The position numbers were made by a program, and so were the translations under genes. A stretch of DNA of 64,000 nucleotides, taken from NCBI GenBank assembly GCA_963815115.1, contig CAWFFN010000008.1, positions 512,001 to 576,000 of the forward strand. Direction: 5' to 3'. Shown piece after piece: positions 31,114 through 39,576 of the stretch. Below the pieces are notes generated by a model. That model was not told the origin of the DNA. It did not search any database and saw only the letters and a program-made list of their open reading frames with translations. This DNA comes from an uncultured delta proteobacterium (lineage in GTDB: Bacteria > Desulfobacterota > Binatia > DP-6). How positions within the stretch are numbered: the stretch's first letter is position 1; every line of letters starts with the position of its first letter.

Positions 31114-31253
31114 CGAACGCCTCCGACGCGCCGGCGGCGCGGGCGCGCCGTCATCCGGGTCGTGCCCGCGAGTTATCACATGGTCCCCTGGCGGACAACC
31201 GTAACGAGCACACGCCTTGACCCGGGCGCGCATTCGGCGCTATGGGTCCCGCG

Positions 31254-31700
31254 ATGCGGCGGGGCTGGGTTGTGCTGCTGGGACTGGGGTCGCTCCTGGC
31301 AGCCGGCTGCTCTACCGTCCGCCGCCCGGGCGCGGCGGCTCCATCGCCCGTGGAAGCGGGCGCGGTGCAGGAGGGGGTCGCCTCCTGGTACGGTCCCGGG
31401 TTCCATGGCCGGCGGACCTCGAGCGGGGAGCGCTACGATCAGTACGACTTCACCGCCGCGCACCGCACGCTCCCGCTCGGCACCTGGGTCAAGGTCACCA
31501 ACGTGGACAACGGCCGCACCATCAACGTGTACGTCAACGACCGGGGACCGTACGTCGACGGTCGCGTGATCGATCTGTCCTACGGTGCGGCGCGCGCCAT
31601 CGGCATGCTGGAGCCGGGGACGATTCCGGTCCGGATCGTCGTCCTCGGGACGGAGCCGCCGGAGCCGCGCTCGGTTCTGGTCGGGGAGCGCGGGGACTGA
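31254..31700 (+). CDS. rlpA: Septal lytic transglycosylase RlpA-family lipoprotein
   Basis: Lipobox AAGC; GVASWYG, TAAHRTLP, VNDRGP, RVIDLS. Confidence 0.93.
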   Translation: MRRGWVVLLGLGSLLAAGCSTVRRPGAAAPSPVEAGAVQEGVASWYGPGFHGRRTSSGERYDQYDFTAAHRTLPLGTWVKVTNVDNGRTINVYVNDRGPYVDGRVIDLSYGAARAIGMLEPGTIPVRIVVLGTEPPEPRSVLVGERGD

Positions 31701-32992
31701 GCCTCAGGCTGGCCGCCCTCGCGGCGGGGCTGGCGTTGGCGAGCGCCTGCGGCACCGGGCGGCTGGTGCGCGGCGGGCAGGTGAACGAGAGCCTGCTGAC
31801 GGCGCTGGAGGCACGGCTGTCCGCCGTCCGCGGCCTCGCGTTTCTCCACCCGGTGACGGTGCGCGCGGTGGGACCCGCCGAGATCGCCGCGACCATCGAC
31901 AAGGAGATCGCGCACGACCTCCCGCCCGCGGACCTCGCGCGGCTCGAGGGCGTGTACACGACGCTGCATCTGATCCCGCCGGGGACCGCGCTCGGGTCCG
32001 CCATGCGGCGGCTCCTCACGACCCAGCTCGCGGCGTTCTACGACCCCAGGAGCAAGGTGCTCGCCGTCTCCACCGAGGCGGTGCGGGCCGAGGAGGGAGT
32101 CGGGCTTCGCATCCTCGGCGCCGTCAGCGGACGCGATCCGGTGGGCGAGCTGGTGCTCGCGCACGAGCTCACCCACGCGCTCCAGGATCAGCACTGGGGC
32201 ATTCCCAGCGAGGCGGAGGCGGCGACCGAATCACACGGCGACCGCATCCTCGCACGCCGCGCGCTCTTCGAGGGCGACGCGACCTGGGCGTCGTTCGCCT
32301 GCGTTGCGGGTGCGACCCCGAATGCCGAGACGCGAGCCCGCGTGCTGTCGCAGCTGCGCCTGCTCTCCGAGAAGCTGAACGCCGCCTACCCGGACGCGCC
32401 GGCGCTCCTGCGAGACGCGCTCGTCTTCCAGTACGAGGAAGGCGCGGCCTTCGTCGACCGGCTGCTCGCCCATGGGGGGTGGGCCGCCGTCGATCGCGCC
32501 CAGGCCGATCCGCCGCAGTCGACCGAGCAGGTCCTGCATCCGGAGCGCTATCTCAACGCCCGCGACACGCCGGTCGACGTGGCGCTGAGCCCGACGCTCC
32601 TCGAACGCGACGGCTTCACGCTGGTGATGTCCGATACGCTCGGCGAGCTGGGGGTGCGCACCCTCGCCGGCCGCTTCCTGCCGCCCCGGGATGCGGAACG
32701 CATCGCCGCCGGCTGGGACGGCGACCGGCTCGCCGCGTTCGCTCGCGGACAGGACACGGTCATCGTGTGGCTGACGGCGTGGGACGGCGAAGCGGACGCG
32801 GCCGAGTTCGCCGGCGCGTTCGCGGTGATCCAGCCCGAGGCGACCGTCCAGCGTCGCGGCGCGCGCGTGCTCGTGCTGCTCGGACCCGCCGCACCCGATC
32901 TGGCGGATCGGATATGGCGCCAGCCGATCGGCGGTGGGAAACGCGCTCAGTCGCCTCCGATCGAGCCGCGACTGCACGGGACGTGCGGGTGA
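31697..32992 (+). CDS. Putative zinc metallopeptidase-like lipoprotein
   Basis: Lipobox LASAC; AFYDP, HELTHALQDQH, EGDA, PQSTEQVLHP, GWDGD. Start inferred as CTG overlapping the rlpA stop. Confidence 0.72.
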   Translation: MSLRLAALAAGLALASACGTGRLVRGGQVNESLLTALEARLSAVRGLAFLHPVTVRAVGPAEIAATIDKEIAHDLPPADLARLEGVYTTLHLIPPGTALGSAMRRLLTTQLAAFYDPRSKVLAVSTEAVRAEEGVGLRILGAVSGRDPVGELVLAHELTHALQDQHWGIPSEAEAATESHGDRILARRALFEGDATWASFACVAGATPNAETRARVLSQLRLLSEKLNAAYPDAPALLRDALVFQYEEGAAFVDRLLAHGGWAAVDRAQADPPQSTEQVLHPERYLNARDTPVDVALSPTLLERDGFTLVMSDTLGELGVRTLAGRFLPPRDAERIAAGWDGDRLAAFARGQDTVIVWLTAWDGEADAAEFAGAFAVIQPEATVQRRGARVLVLLGPAAPDLADRIWRQPIGGGKRAQSPPIEPRLHGTCG

Positions 32993-34017
32993 TGGTCTGG
33001 CACCGGGTCTGCGCCGTCGTCCTGCTGGGCCTCGTCATCGGCGCAGGAACGGTCCGCGCGGCACCGCAGGAGTCGGCATACCGTCTCGTGAACACGATCC
33101 GTCTCGAGGGCACCGGAGGATCGGGCCAGATGGCGCTCGACACGGCGACGCGACGGCTCTTCGTGGTGCGCTCGACCCGCGTGACGGTCGTCGACCTCGA
33201 GCGGGGCCGCGAGGCCGGAAAGGTCACCGGGACGGCCGGTGCCAGCGACGTCGTCCTGGTTCCGGGGCTCGGCCGCGGCTTCACCAGCAACGGTGCCGCG
33301 AACACGGTCAGCATCTTCAGCCTCCGGACTCTCCGGGGCACTTCCGATCACCCCGCGACCGGTGCTCGACCCGCGGCCATCGTCTACGACCAGGCATCCG
33401 GGCGTGTCTTCACCATGAACGCCGACAGCAACAACGCCACGGCGATCAACGCGGCCGACGCCGCGGCGATCGGGACGGTTCCCCTCGGCGGAAGGCCGGG
33501 CGTCGCCGTGGCCGACGCTGCCGGCCGCGTGTATGTCGATCTCGAGGATCGCAACGAGATCGCCGTTGTCGATGCTCACGTGCTCCGCGTCGTTCGCCGG
33601 TGGCCGCTGGCGCCCTGCACGGCATCCACCGGCCTCGCCCTCGACCCGACGCACGACCGCCTGTTCTCCGCCTGTCGCGACGGCACGATGACGGTGCTCG
33701 ATACGGGGAGCGGGCGCGTGGTGGCGCGGATCCCGATCGGGCAATGCGTGAACGTGATGGGGTACGATCCCGGAACGGGGCTGATCTTCGCCGCGTGTAG
33801 CGACGGGACGTTGACGACGATCCGTCAGGAGTCGGCCGACGCCTACCGCGTCGCGGACGTGATCCGGACCGCCCCGGGCGTGCACGCCCTGGAGGTCGAC
33901 GCGCCGACGCACCGCCTCTACCTGACCGCGCGCGACGGGACCGCGCCGGGCGACGCGCAGCGCCGCGGGCCGCCGGCCGATCGCGGCCCGATGGCGCTCC
34001 TGGTCTACGAGCGGTAG
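32992..34017 (+). CDS. YncE/YVTN-type secreted beta-propeller protein
   Basis: Signal peptide; repeated blades (GRGFTSNG, YDQASGRVF, GLALD...RLFSAC). Confidence 0.82.
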   Translation: MVWHRVCAVVLLGLVIGAGTVRAAPQESAYRLVNTIRLEGTGGSGQMALDTATRRLFVVRSTRVTVVDLERGREAGKVTGTAGASDVVLVPGLGRGFTSNGAANTVSIFSLRTLRGTSDHPATGARPAAIVYDQASGRVFTMNADSNNATAINAADAAAIGTVPLGGRPGVAVADAAGRVYVDLEDRNEIAVVDAHVLRVVRRWPLAPCTASTGLALDPTHDRLFSACRDGTMTVLDTGSGRVVARIPIGQCVNVMGYDPGTGLIFAACSDGTLTTIRQESADAYRVADVIRTAPGVHALEVDAPTHRLYLTARDGTAPGDAQRRGPPADRGPMALLVYER

Positions 34018-34047
34018 GGGCGCGCAGCATCGGCGTCTCGGTGTGGG

Positions 34048-34351
34048 CTAGGAGCGCGACCCGAGACTTCGTCTCGGGTCGAGACGGAGGGCGAGAATGG
34101 ACTGCATGAACAATGCGAACGTCGTGCCGCGGCCGGCGTAGCCGGCGCGGCAAACGTTCCGGAGTGCGACTCTGGAGCTGAGAACGGCATGCGTGTGGGC
34201 CGGTCAGCACGGATTGGGGACGGAGCCTTGGGCATGCCACGTTTTGCCGCGCCGGCTTTGCCGGCCGCGGCACGGCGTCCGCTCGATTCGCCGAACGCCA
34301 CACGCTCGCCCCGCTTTCGACCCGAGACGGAGGCTCGGGTCGCTCTCCTAG
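34048..34351. repeat. Nested-palindrome element, copy 3 (CTAG at both ends)
   Basis: CTAG-GAGCGC-GACCCGAGAC-TTC-GTCTCGGGTC, inner arms, GACCCGAGAC-GGA-GGCTCGGGTC-GCTCTC-CTAG. Confidence 0.9.
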
Positions 34352-35139
34352 GCGAACCGGAAGCGGCCGTCGGGCTCCGCGACGACCGCACCCTCGTGCT
34401 CGAGCTTGGTGAGGTGTGCCCGGACGGTGAGCGCTGCGGCCCACGCGAGGCCCGGATGGAGGTCCACGTAGATGCGCCGCACCAGGTCCGCGATCTCCGA
34501 GGGCTCGTCGCGCAGCGCCTCGACGATCTGACGCTCGCGCAGCAGCCGGTGCGCCACGTACTCGTCGAGCAGCTCGTGCGGCCGCTCCACGGGTGGACCG
34601 TGGCCGGGAAAGATGCTTGCGACGTCGAGGGCACGCAGACGGCGCAGCGACTCGAGATAGGCCGCCATGTCCCCGTCCGGGGGCGCGATGATGGTCGTGC
34701 CGGTCGAGAGCACGGTATCCCCGGTGAACAGCCAGCGCCGCTCCGGCTCGTAGAGGCAGCAGTGGCCGGACTCGTGTCCTGGCGTGTGCACGACGCGCAG
34801 CCGGCCGCCCGGGTACGCGATCTCCTCGCCGTCGTCCAGGAGACGCGCCGGCGCGAGCGGGCGCCCGCCGACGGTGAAGTCGGCGCGGCCGTGATGAACG
34901 GCGATCGGAACGCCGAGGTCGAGCGCACCGCCGACGTGATCCGGGTGGATGTGCGTCAGGACGAGGCCGGCGATCCCGACACCGCTGGCCGACAGCCGGC
35001 GACGGTTCTCGTCGTCGAGCGGTGCGGCGTCGAGCTGCACGGCATCGTGCTCCCCCAGCAGGTACTGATTCGTTCCCGGACCGGTCATCAGGCCGGGGTT
35101 CGGCGCCAGCACGACGCGGAGGCCGGAAGCGAGCTCCAT
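34348..35139 (-). CDS. MBL-fold metallo-hydrolase (LACTB2-like, C-terminal winged helix)
   Basis: APNPGLMTGPGTN, THIHPDH, TPGH, FTGD, PGHG. Confidence 0.9.
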   Translation of the reverse strand: MELASGLRVVLAPNPGLMTGPGTNQYLLGEHDAVQLDAAPLDDENRRRLSASGVGIAGLVLTHIHPDHVGGALDLGVPIAVHHGRADFTVGGRPLAPARLLDDGEEIAYPGGRLRVVHTPGHESGHCCLYEPERRWLFTGDTVLSTGTTIIAPPDGDMAAYLESLRRLRALDVASIFPGHGPPVERPHELLDEYVAHRLLRERQIVEALRDEPSEIADLVRRIYVDLHPGLAWAAALTVRAHLTKLEHEGAVVAEPDGRFRFA

Positions 35140-35141
35140 GC

Positions 35142-35651
35142 TCAGCGCTCGTCCATCCGCTCGAGGCGCGCGCGCGCCCGCCGGACGAGCGCCTGCTCGT
35201 CGGCATAGGGGATGTTCGCTTCCGCTTCCGCGAGCGAGAACCAGCGCACGGCGTCCATCTCGTCGTCGCGTTCGGCGAAGCGGCCGCCGCGATGGCGCAT
35301 CAGGAAGAAGCGGACGCGCTTCAGCACCCGCACCGCCGAGCCGCCGTCGTCGCGGCGCGCATACCAGTAGGTCACGTCGCCGAGCGTGTCCTCGACCTCG
35401 CCGAGGAGGCCGGTCTCCTCGCGCACCTCGCGCAGCGCGGCTTCCATCATGCTCTCGCCCTTCTCCACGTGCCCCTTGGGGATGCTCCACACCAGCGCTC
35501 CCTCACCGCCACGCCGGCGACCGCCGAGGCACACCTTCCAGCTCCCGCTCGCTCGCCGGTAGACGAGCCCGCCCGAGGACAGCTCGCGGACCAGCGGCAG
35601 CCGGTCCGCCGCGCTCCTCAGCCGTTGCGGTCGGTCACTGCCGCGAGCCAT
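35142..35651 (-). CDS. NUDIX hydrolase
   Basis: PKGHVEKGESMMEAALREVREETG Nudix box. Confidence 0.9.
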   Translation of the reverse strand: MARGSDRPQRLRSAADRLPLVRELSSGGLVYRRASGSWKVCLGGRRRGGEGALVWSIPKGHVEKGESMMEAALREVREETGLLGEVEDTLGDVTYWYARRDDGGSAVRVLKRVRFFLMRHRGGRFAERDDEMDAVRWFSLAEAEANIPYADEQALVRRARARLERMDER

Positions 35652-35956
35652 GTCAGGTAGGCTTCCGATCCCCCGGTCAGCGGCAGCGCCACGACCTCGG
35701 GCACCTCGTAGGAATGCAACCCACGCACGCGCTCGGCGAGCGCCTCCACATCGGCTGCTCGTGCCTTCATCACCAGGAGGTGCTCGTCGGCCTCCTCGAC
35801 GGCGTCCTGCCAGCGGTAGATCGAGCGGATCGGCCCGACGACGTTGACGCAAGCGATGAGGCGCTCCTCGACCAGCGCGCGGCCGATGCGCCGCCCCTCC
35901 TCGGCACTCGGAGCCGTCACCAGCACCACCACGAACTCGGCGGGCTCGGGGCTCAT
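35618..35956 (-). CDS. cutA: Divalent-cation tolerance protein CutA
   Basis: LVEERLIACVN, SIYRW, LHSYEVPE, YLTW. Confidence 0.93.
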   Translation of the reverse strand: MSPEPAEFVVVLVTAPSAEEGRRIGRALVEERLIACVNVVGPIRSIYRWQDAVEEADEHLLVMKARAADVEALAERVRGLHSYEVPEVVALPLTGGSEAYLTWLAAVTDRNG

Positions 35957-37011
35957 CGCGCGCGGGCCTCTCGCGCGGGCGGCCGCACGCGCGCCAGGAT
36001 CTCCTCGTAGTCGAGCACGCCGGGGGGCAGCCGTCGCGCGGGCGCCGGGAGACGGCGGCCGAGACGCGCCCGCAGGCGCCTCAACCACGCCCGGCGCGGG
36101 AGCGCCGGCAGCTGGCCGGCGGCGCGCATCGGTGCCGTCAGCGCGTGCGTCGCCTGTGCCGGGATCAGCCGGCGTCGCACGAGATCGGCCAGCGAGTTCT
36201 CCAGGCGACGGGGCGTGTACCCGGAGCCCCCGGCGAGGCCGGCAGCCACGCTGGCGACGTCCTCGGGGTCGAGCCAGCCGTCGGCCGCGAGCACGAGCGC
36301 CGTCTGGAAGTAGTTGAACGTCGGCACCAGGCGCGCACCGAAGCGGGTGAAGAATGCGGGCGCCGTGCGCCGCTCCAGGTTGATGAAGATGCGCTCGACG
36401 CCGGCGAGCCCCGCCACCGCCGCGGCCAGGCCGCGCAGCGCGGGGACGATCTCGGGGTCGACGCCGATCCGCGCCAGGAGCGGCTCGAGCGCGCTCACCG
36501 CAAGCGTGCCCTCGACCACGTCGGCGTACAGCGAGTAGGTGAGCGGGTCGGATTCCCAGTCGTCCCCGAAGAGCAGCTCTCGGGTTCCGGCGGGACGCTC
36601 GGCACGCCCGCGAAAGAGCTCCGCGAGCTTGAAGCCGACGTGCTCGCGCAGGTTGCGAAACTTTCCGCGCCGCAGGAGCTGGAGCTGATCCTTGAAGACG
36701 ATGCCATCGTACGGCACGCCGTCGAGCCTCAGCTTGTCACGGATGGCGTGCCCGATCTGCGGCGGGCTCGCCGAGATGAAGTAGATGGCGAGCGGACGCG
36801 TGTGCCGGTCGGCCGCCGCCCGCAGTCCCTTCAGCAGATCGGTGACGCCCGGCACCACGACCTTGTCCTCGCCGCGCTCGCGCGCGGTTCGCCACATCTG
36901 GCGGAGGGTGTCGAACTCGCTGCGCAGGTAGGTCTTGTCGAGATCCCAGCGGCAGAGCAGCGGCGACGCCGCCGTCGCCCGCTCACGAGGTCTTCGGGAA
37001 AACAGGCTCAG
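35953..37011 (-). CDS. HAD-superfamily phosphatase (App1/LNS2-like, putative phosphatidate phosphatase)
   Basis: WDLDKT (DxDxT), FISASP, K, FGDDWESD. Start inferred as CTG overlapping the plsX stop, with GGAGG 6 nt upstream. Confidence 0.7.
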   Translation of the reverse strand: MSLFSRRPRERATAASPLLCRWDLDKTYLRSEFDTLRQMWRTARERGEDKVVVPGVTDLLKGLRAAADRHTRPLAIYFISASPPQIGHAIRDKLRLDGVPYDGIVFKDQLQLLRRGKFRNLREHVGFKLAELFRGRAERPAGTRELLFGDDWESDPLTYSLYADVVEGTLAVSALEPLLARIGVDPEIVPALRGLAAAVAGLAGVERIFINLERRTAPAFFTRFGARLVPTFNYFQTALVLAADGWLDPEDVASVAAGLAGGSGYTPRRLENSLADLVRRRLIPAQATHALTAPMRAAGQLPALPRRAWLRRLRARLGRRLPAPARRLPPGVLDYEEILARVRPPAREARAR

Positions 37012-38024
37012 CGCAGGCCTCCGATCGCATCCGCGATCTCGGCCGGCACGCGGTCGCGCACCGCCTTGGCCGCGACCTTGACCGCGTTCGCCACCGCCCG
37101 GGCGCTGGAGCGACCATGGCATTTGATGAAGAGCCGATCGAAGCCGAGGATCGGCGAGCCACCGTAGCGGCTGAAATCGGTGAGCGCGTGCACGCGCTCG
37201 ATGCCCTGAGAGAGCAGGCGCAAGCCCACGCGCCAGACGAGGCGGCGCTCGGCCGCCGCCTGCGCGATGTCGATCAGCACCTCGGAGACGCCCTCGAGCA
37301 GCTTGAGCGCGACGTTGCCGACGAAGCCCTCGCAGACGATGACGTCGGCCCGGCCGCGTACCAGGTCGTTGCCCTCGACGTTGCCGACGAAGTCGATCAT
37401 CGGCAGCGCGCGCAGGCGGCGGTTCGCCTCCACCAGCGCGGCTCCGCCCTTGGTGTCCTCGGTTCCCATGTTGAGCAGCCCGACGCGCGGATTCGGGACC
37501 TTCGAGATGCGCCGGGCATAGGCGCTGCCCATGAGCGCGAAGTGGACCAGCTCGTTGGCTTCGCAATGCACCGTCGCCCCGACGTCGAGCAGCAGCGCCA
37601 GCGGGTCCTGGCCCGGGTACTCCGTGTGCCGCGGGTACACGCAGGCGAGCGCCCCGCGCCGGATGCCCGGCAGGAGCTGGAAAACGCGCGCGGCGCCGAG
37701 GATGCACGCGCCCGTGTTGCCCGCCGACACGATGGCCTCGGCCCGCCCGTCGGCCACCGCGCGCAGCGCGACCAGGAGCGAGGCGTCCTTGCGCACGCGA
37801 ACGGCCTCGTGTGCGTCCTCGTCCATCCCGATCGCGTCACGGGCGTGCAGGATGGCGATGCGCTCGGGGTTGTAGGGCGCCGCCTCGAGGATGGCCTGGA
37901 GGCGGGCCTCGTCACCGACCAGCAGGCAGTCGATGTCGGTGCCGAGCGAGACCTCGGCGACGCCGCGCACGATCTCCTCGGGCGCATGATCGCCTCCCAT
38001 GGCGTCGACCGCGATGACCGGCAT
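37008..38024 (-). CDS. plsX: Phosphate acyltransferase PlsX
   Basis: IAVDAMGGDHAP, SAGNTGA, LDVGA, GNVEG, CEGFVGN, KCHGRS. Confidence 0.95.
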   Translation of the reverse strand: MPVIAVDAMGGDHAPEEIVRGVAEVSLGTDIDCLLVGDEARLQAILEAAPYNPERIAILHARDAIGMDEDAHEAVRVRKDASLLVALRAVADGRAEAIVSAGNTGACILGAARVFQLLPGIRRGALACVYPRHTEYPGQDPLALLLDVGATVHCEANELVHFALMGSAYARRISKVPNPRVGLLNMGTEDTKGGAALVEANRRLRALPMIDFVGNVEGNDLVRGRADVIVCEGFVGNVALKLLEGVSEVLIDIAQAAAERRLVWRVGLRLLSQGIERVHALTDFSRYGGSPILGFDRLFIKCHGRSSARAVANAVKVAAKAVRDRVPAEIADAIGGLR

Positions 38025-38031
38025 CGCCGGC

Positions 38032-38274
38032 CTACTCCGGCTCGCGCGCCAGCCGGGCGCGCAGCGCGGCGGGCGTCACCCGGTACTTGAATGCCTTGCG
38101 CCCGTTCACGAGGAGCACGGGAATCTCCTCGCCGTACGCCGCGACCAGGGCGGGATCGCCGTCGATGTCCACCTCCTCGAGCTCGAACGGCACGTCGGCG
38201 CGAAGCGCAACGACGACGGCGCGCATGTCGTGGCAGAGGTGGCACTCGGGCCGGCCATAGAGCGTGAGGCGCAT
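38032..38274 (-). CDS. Glutaredoxin-like protein (DUF836)
   Basis: LYGRPECHLC, EVDID, IPVLLVNG. Confidence 0.88.
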   Translation of the reverse strand: MRLTLYGRPECHLCHDMRAVVVALRADVPFELEEVDIDGDPALVAAYGEEIPVLLVNGRKAFKYRVTPAALRARLAREPE

Positions 38275-38291
38275 CGTGTGGTTGACGGCGG

Positions 38292-38320
38292 TTGACACCC
38301 CGAGACACCTCAAGTACAGA
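38292..38320 (+). promoter_or_regulatory. Putative sigma70 promoter of rplU-rpmA
   Basis: TTGACA-N17-TACAGA. Confidence 0.5.
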
Positions 38321-38361
38321 GCGTCGCTCGGCGCGGCAAGCCCGTCGTGCCGGTCCAGCCC

Positions 38362-38682
38362 ATGACCTACGCCGTCATCCGCACCGGAGGGAAGCAGTAC
38401 CGCGTCACGCCGGGAAGCGTGCTGCGCGTCGAGCGCCTGGCAGGCGACGTCGGTGCGAGCGTCGAGTTCCCCGAGGTCCTGCTCGCCGGAAGCGCCGAAG
38501 CGGACGCGCCGGTGCGCATCGGCCGGCCGCTGGTCGAGGGCGCGATCGTGCGCGGCGAGATCGTCGCCCAGGGTCGCGACCGCAAGATTCTCGTCTTCAA
38601 GAAGAAGCGCCGGAAGAACTACCGACGCCGCCGCGGACACCGCCAGAGCATCACGACCGTCCGCGTGACCGAGATCGCCTAG
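38362..38682 (+). CDS. rplU: 50S ribosomal protein L21
   Basis: YAVIRTGGKQYRV, FKKKRRKNYRRRRGHRQ. Confidence 0.97.
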   Translation: MTYAVIRTGGKQYRVTPGSVLRVERLAGDVGASVEFPEVLLAGSAEADAPVRIGRPLVEGAIVRGEIVAQGRDRKILVFKKKRRKNYRRRRGHRQSITTVRVTEIA

Positions 38683-38703
38683 GAGACGCGTAGGAGTCGA
38701 TCG

Positions 38704-38973
38704 ATGGCCCACAAGAAGGGACAGGGCAGCAGCCGGAACGGCCGCGACAGCCAGGGGCAGCGCCGGGGCGTCAAGATGTACGCGGGTCAGCAGGCCCGCG
38801 CCGGCAACATCCTCGTGCGGCAGGTCGGGACCCGCGTCCATGCCGGGCAGAACGTCGGCGTCGGTCGCGACTGGACGCTCTTCGCGCTGGTCGACGGCAC
38901 CATCAAGTACGAGCGCTGGGGCAAGGACCGCACCCGGGTGCGGATCGAGCCCGCGCCCAAGCCGCAGGCGTAG
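38704..38973 (+). CDS. rpmA: 50S ribosomal protein L27
   Basis: [25 protein letters not shown]. Confidence 0.97.
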   Translation: MAHKKGQGSSRNGRDSQGQRRGVKMYAGQQARAGNILVRQVGTRVHAGQNVGVGRDWTLFALVDGTIKYERWGKDRTRVRIEPAPKPQA

Positions 38974-39087
38974 GGTCACTTCGCGGACGCGACGGGTGAT
39001 CCGCTCCAGCTCGCGGCGGGCGTCCGCCAGCCGAGCCGGATCCGCGGCGGCGAGGTCGAGTCGACATCCGGGAACCAGGCGGTTGCG

Positions 39088-39126
39088 CGGCCGGCTGCCC
39101 TCGGGGCAGCCGGCCGTTTCCATTTT
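39088..39126 (+). terminator. Intrinsic terminator after rpmA
   Basis: 13-bp stem CGGCCGGCTGCCC-TCG-GGGCAGCCGGCCG followed by TTTCCATTTT. Confidence 0.7.
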
Positions 39127-39225
39127 GGCTTGCGAGCGGGGTCGTGTGCCATCCTCGGGGGAGGCGGTTTTCAGGTCTGGAAACCGCTCGCCCACGTGAG
39201 AAAAAAGGACGTGCTCCCCGTGCGA

Positions 39226-39519
39226 ATGATCAGAACCAGAACCCCGCTGGCCCTGCTGGCTCTCGGCCTCGTGCTCATCGGCTGTCCGAGGAAGGCGTCC
39301 TGGATCGCCAACGAGCAGGGAGGCTACGCGCTGTTCGCGAACGTGGAGTCCATCGATCAGGCCGTGATCCGCTTCCAGCGAACCGCCCGGGATCTGTGCG
39401 GCACGTTGCCGTACAGCCTGAGCGAGCCCAGGATCATCGCGCAGGGGTTCCAGGGAGGTGCGTGGTCGCCGCCGACCAGCACGGTGACGGTGCGCGCCGA
39501 GCTGACCTGCAATCGCTAG
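39226..39519 (+). CDS. Small hypothetical lipoprotein
   Basis: MIRTRTPLALLALGLVLIGC lipobox; two further Cys. Confidence 0.6.
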   Translation: MIRTRTPLALLALGLVLIGCPRKASWIANEQGGYALFANVESIDQAVIRFQRTARDLCGTLPYSLSEPRIIAQGFQGGAWSPPTSTVTVRAELTCNR

Positions 39520-39576
39520 TGTCTGCGGCGCGAGGCAGCCCCTTCCTCCGTGCGCGCTCCGCCGCTCGGGCCGGCG

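Noticed and set aside
38974-39130. Attachment site, tRNA or ncRNA at the left border of the accessory region
   Set aside because: No cloverleaf and no matching direct repeat near 53100; only a terminator hairpin is supported.
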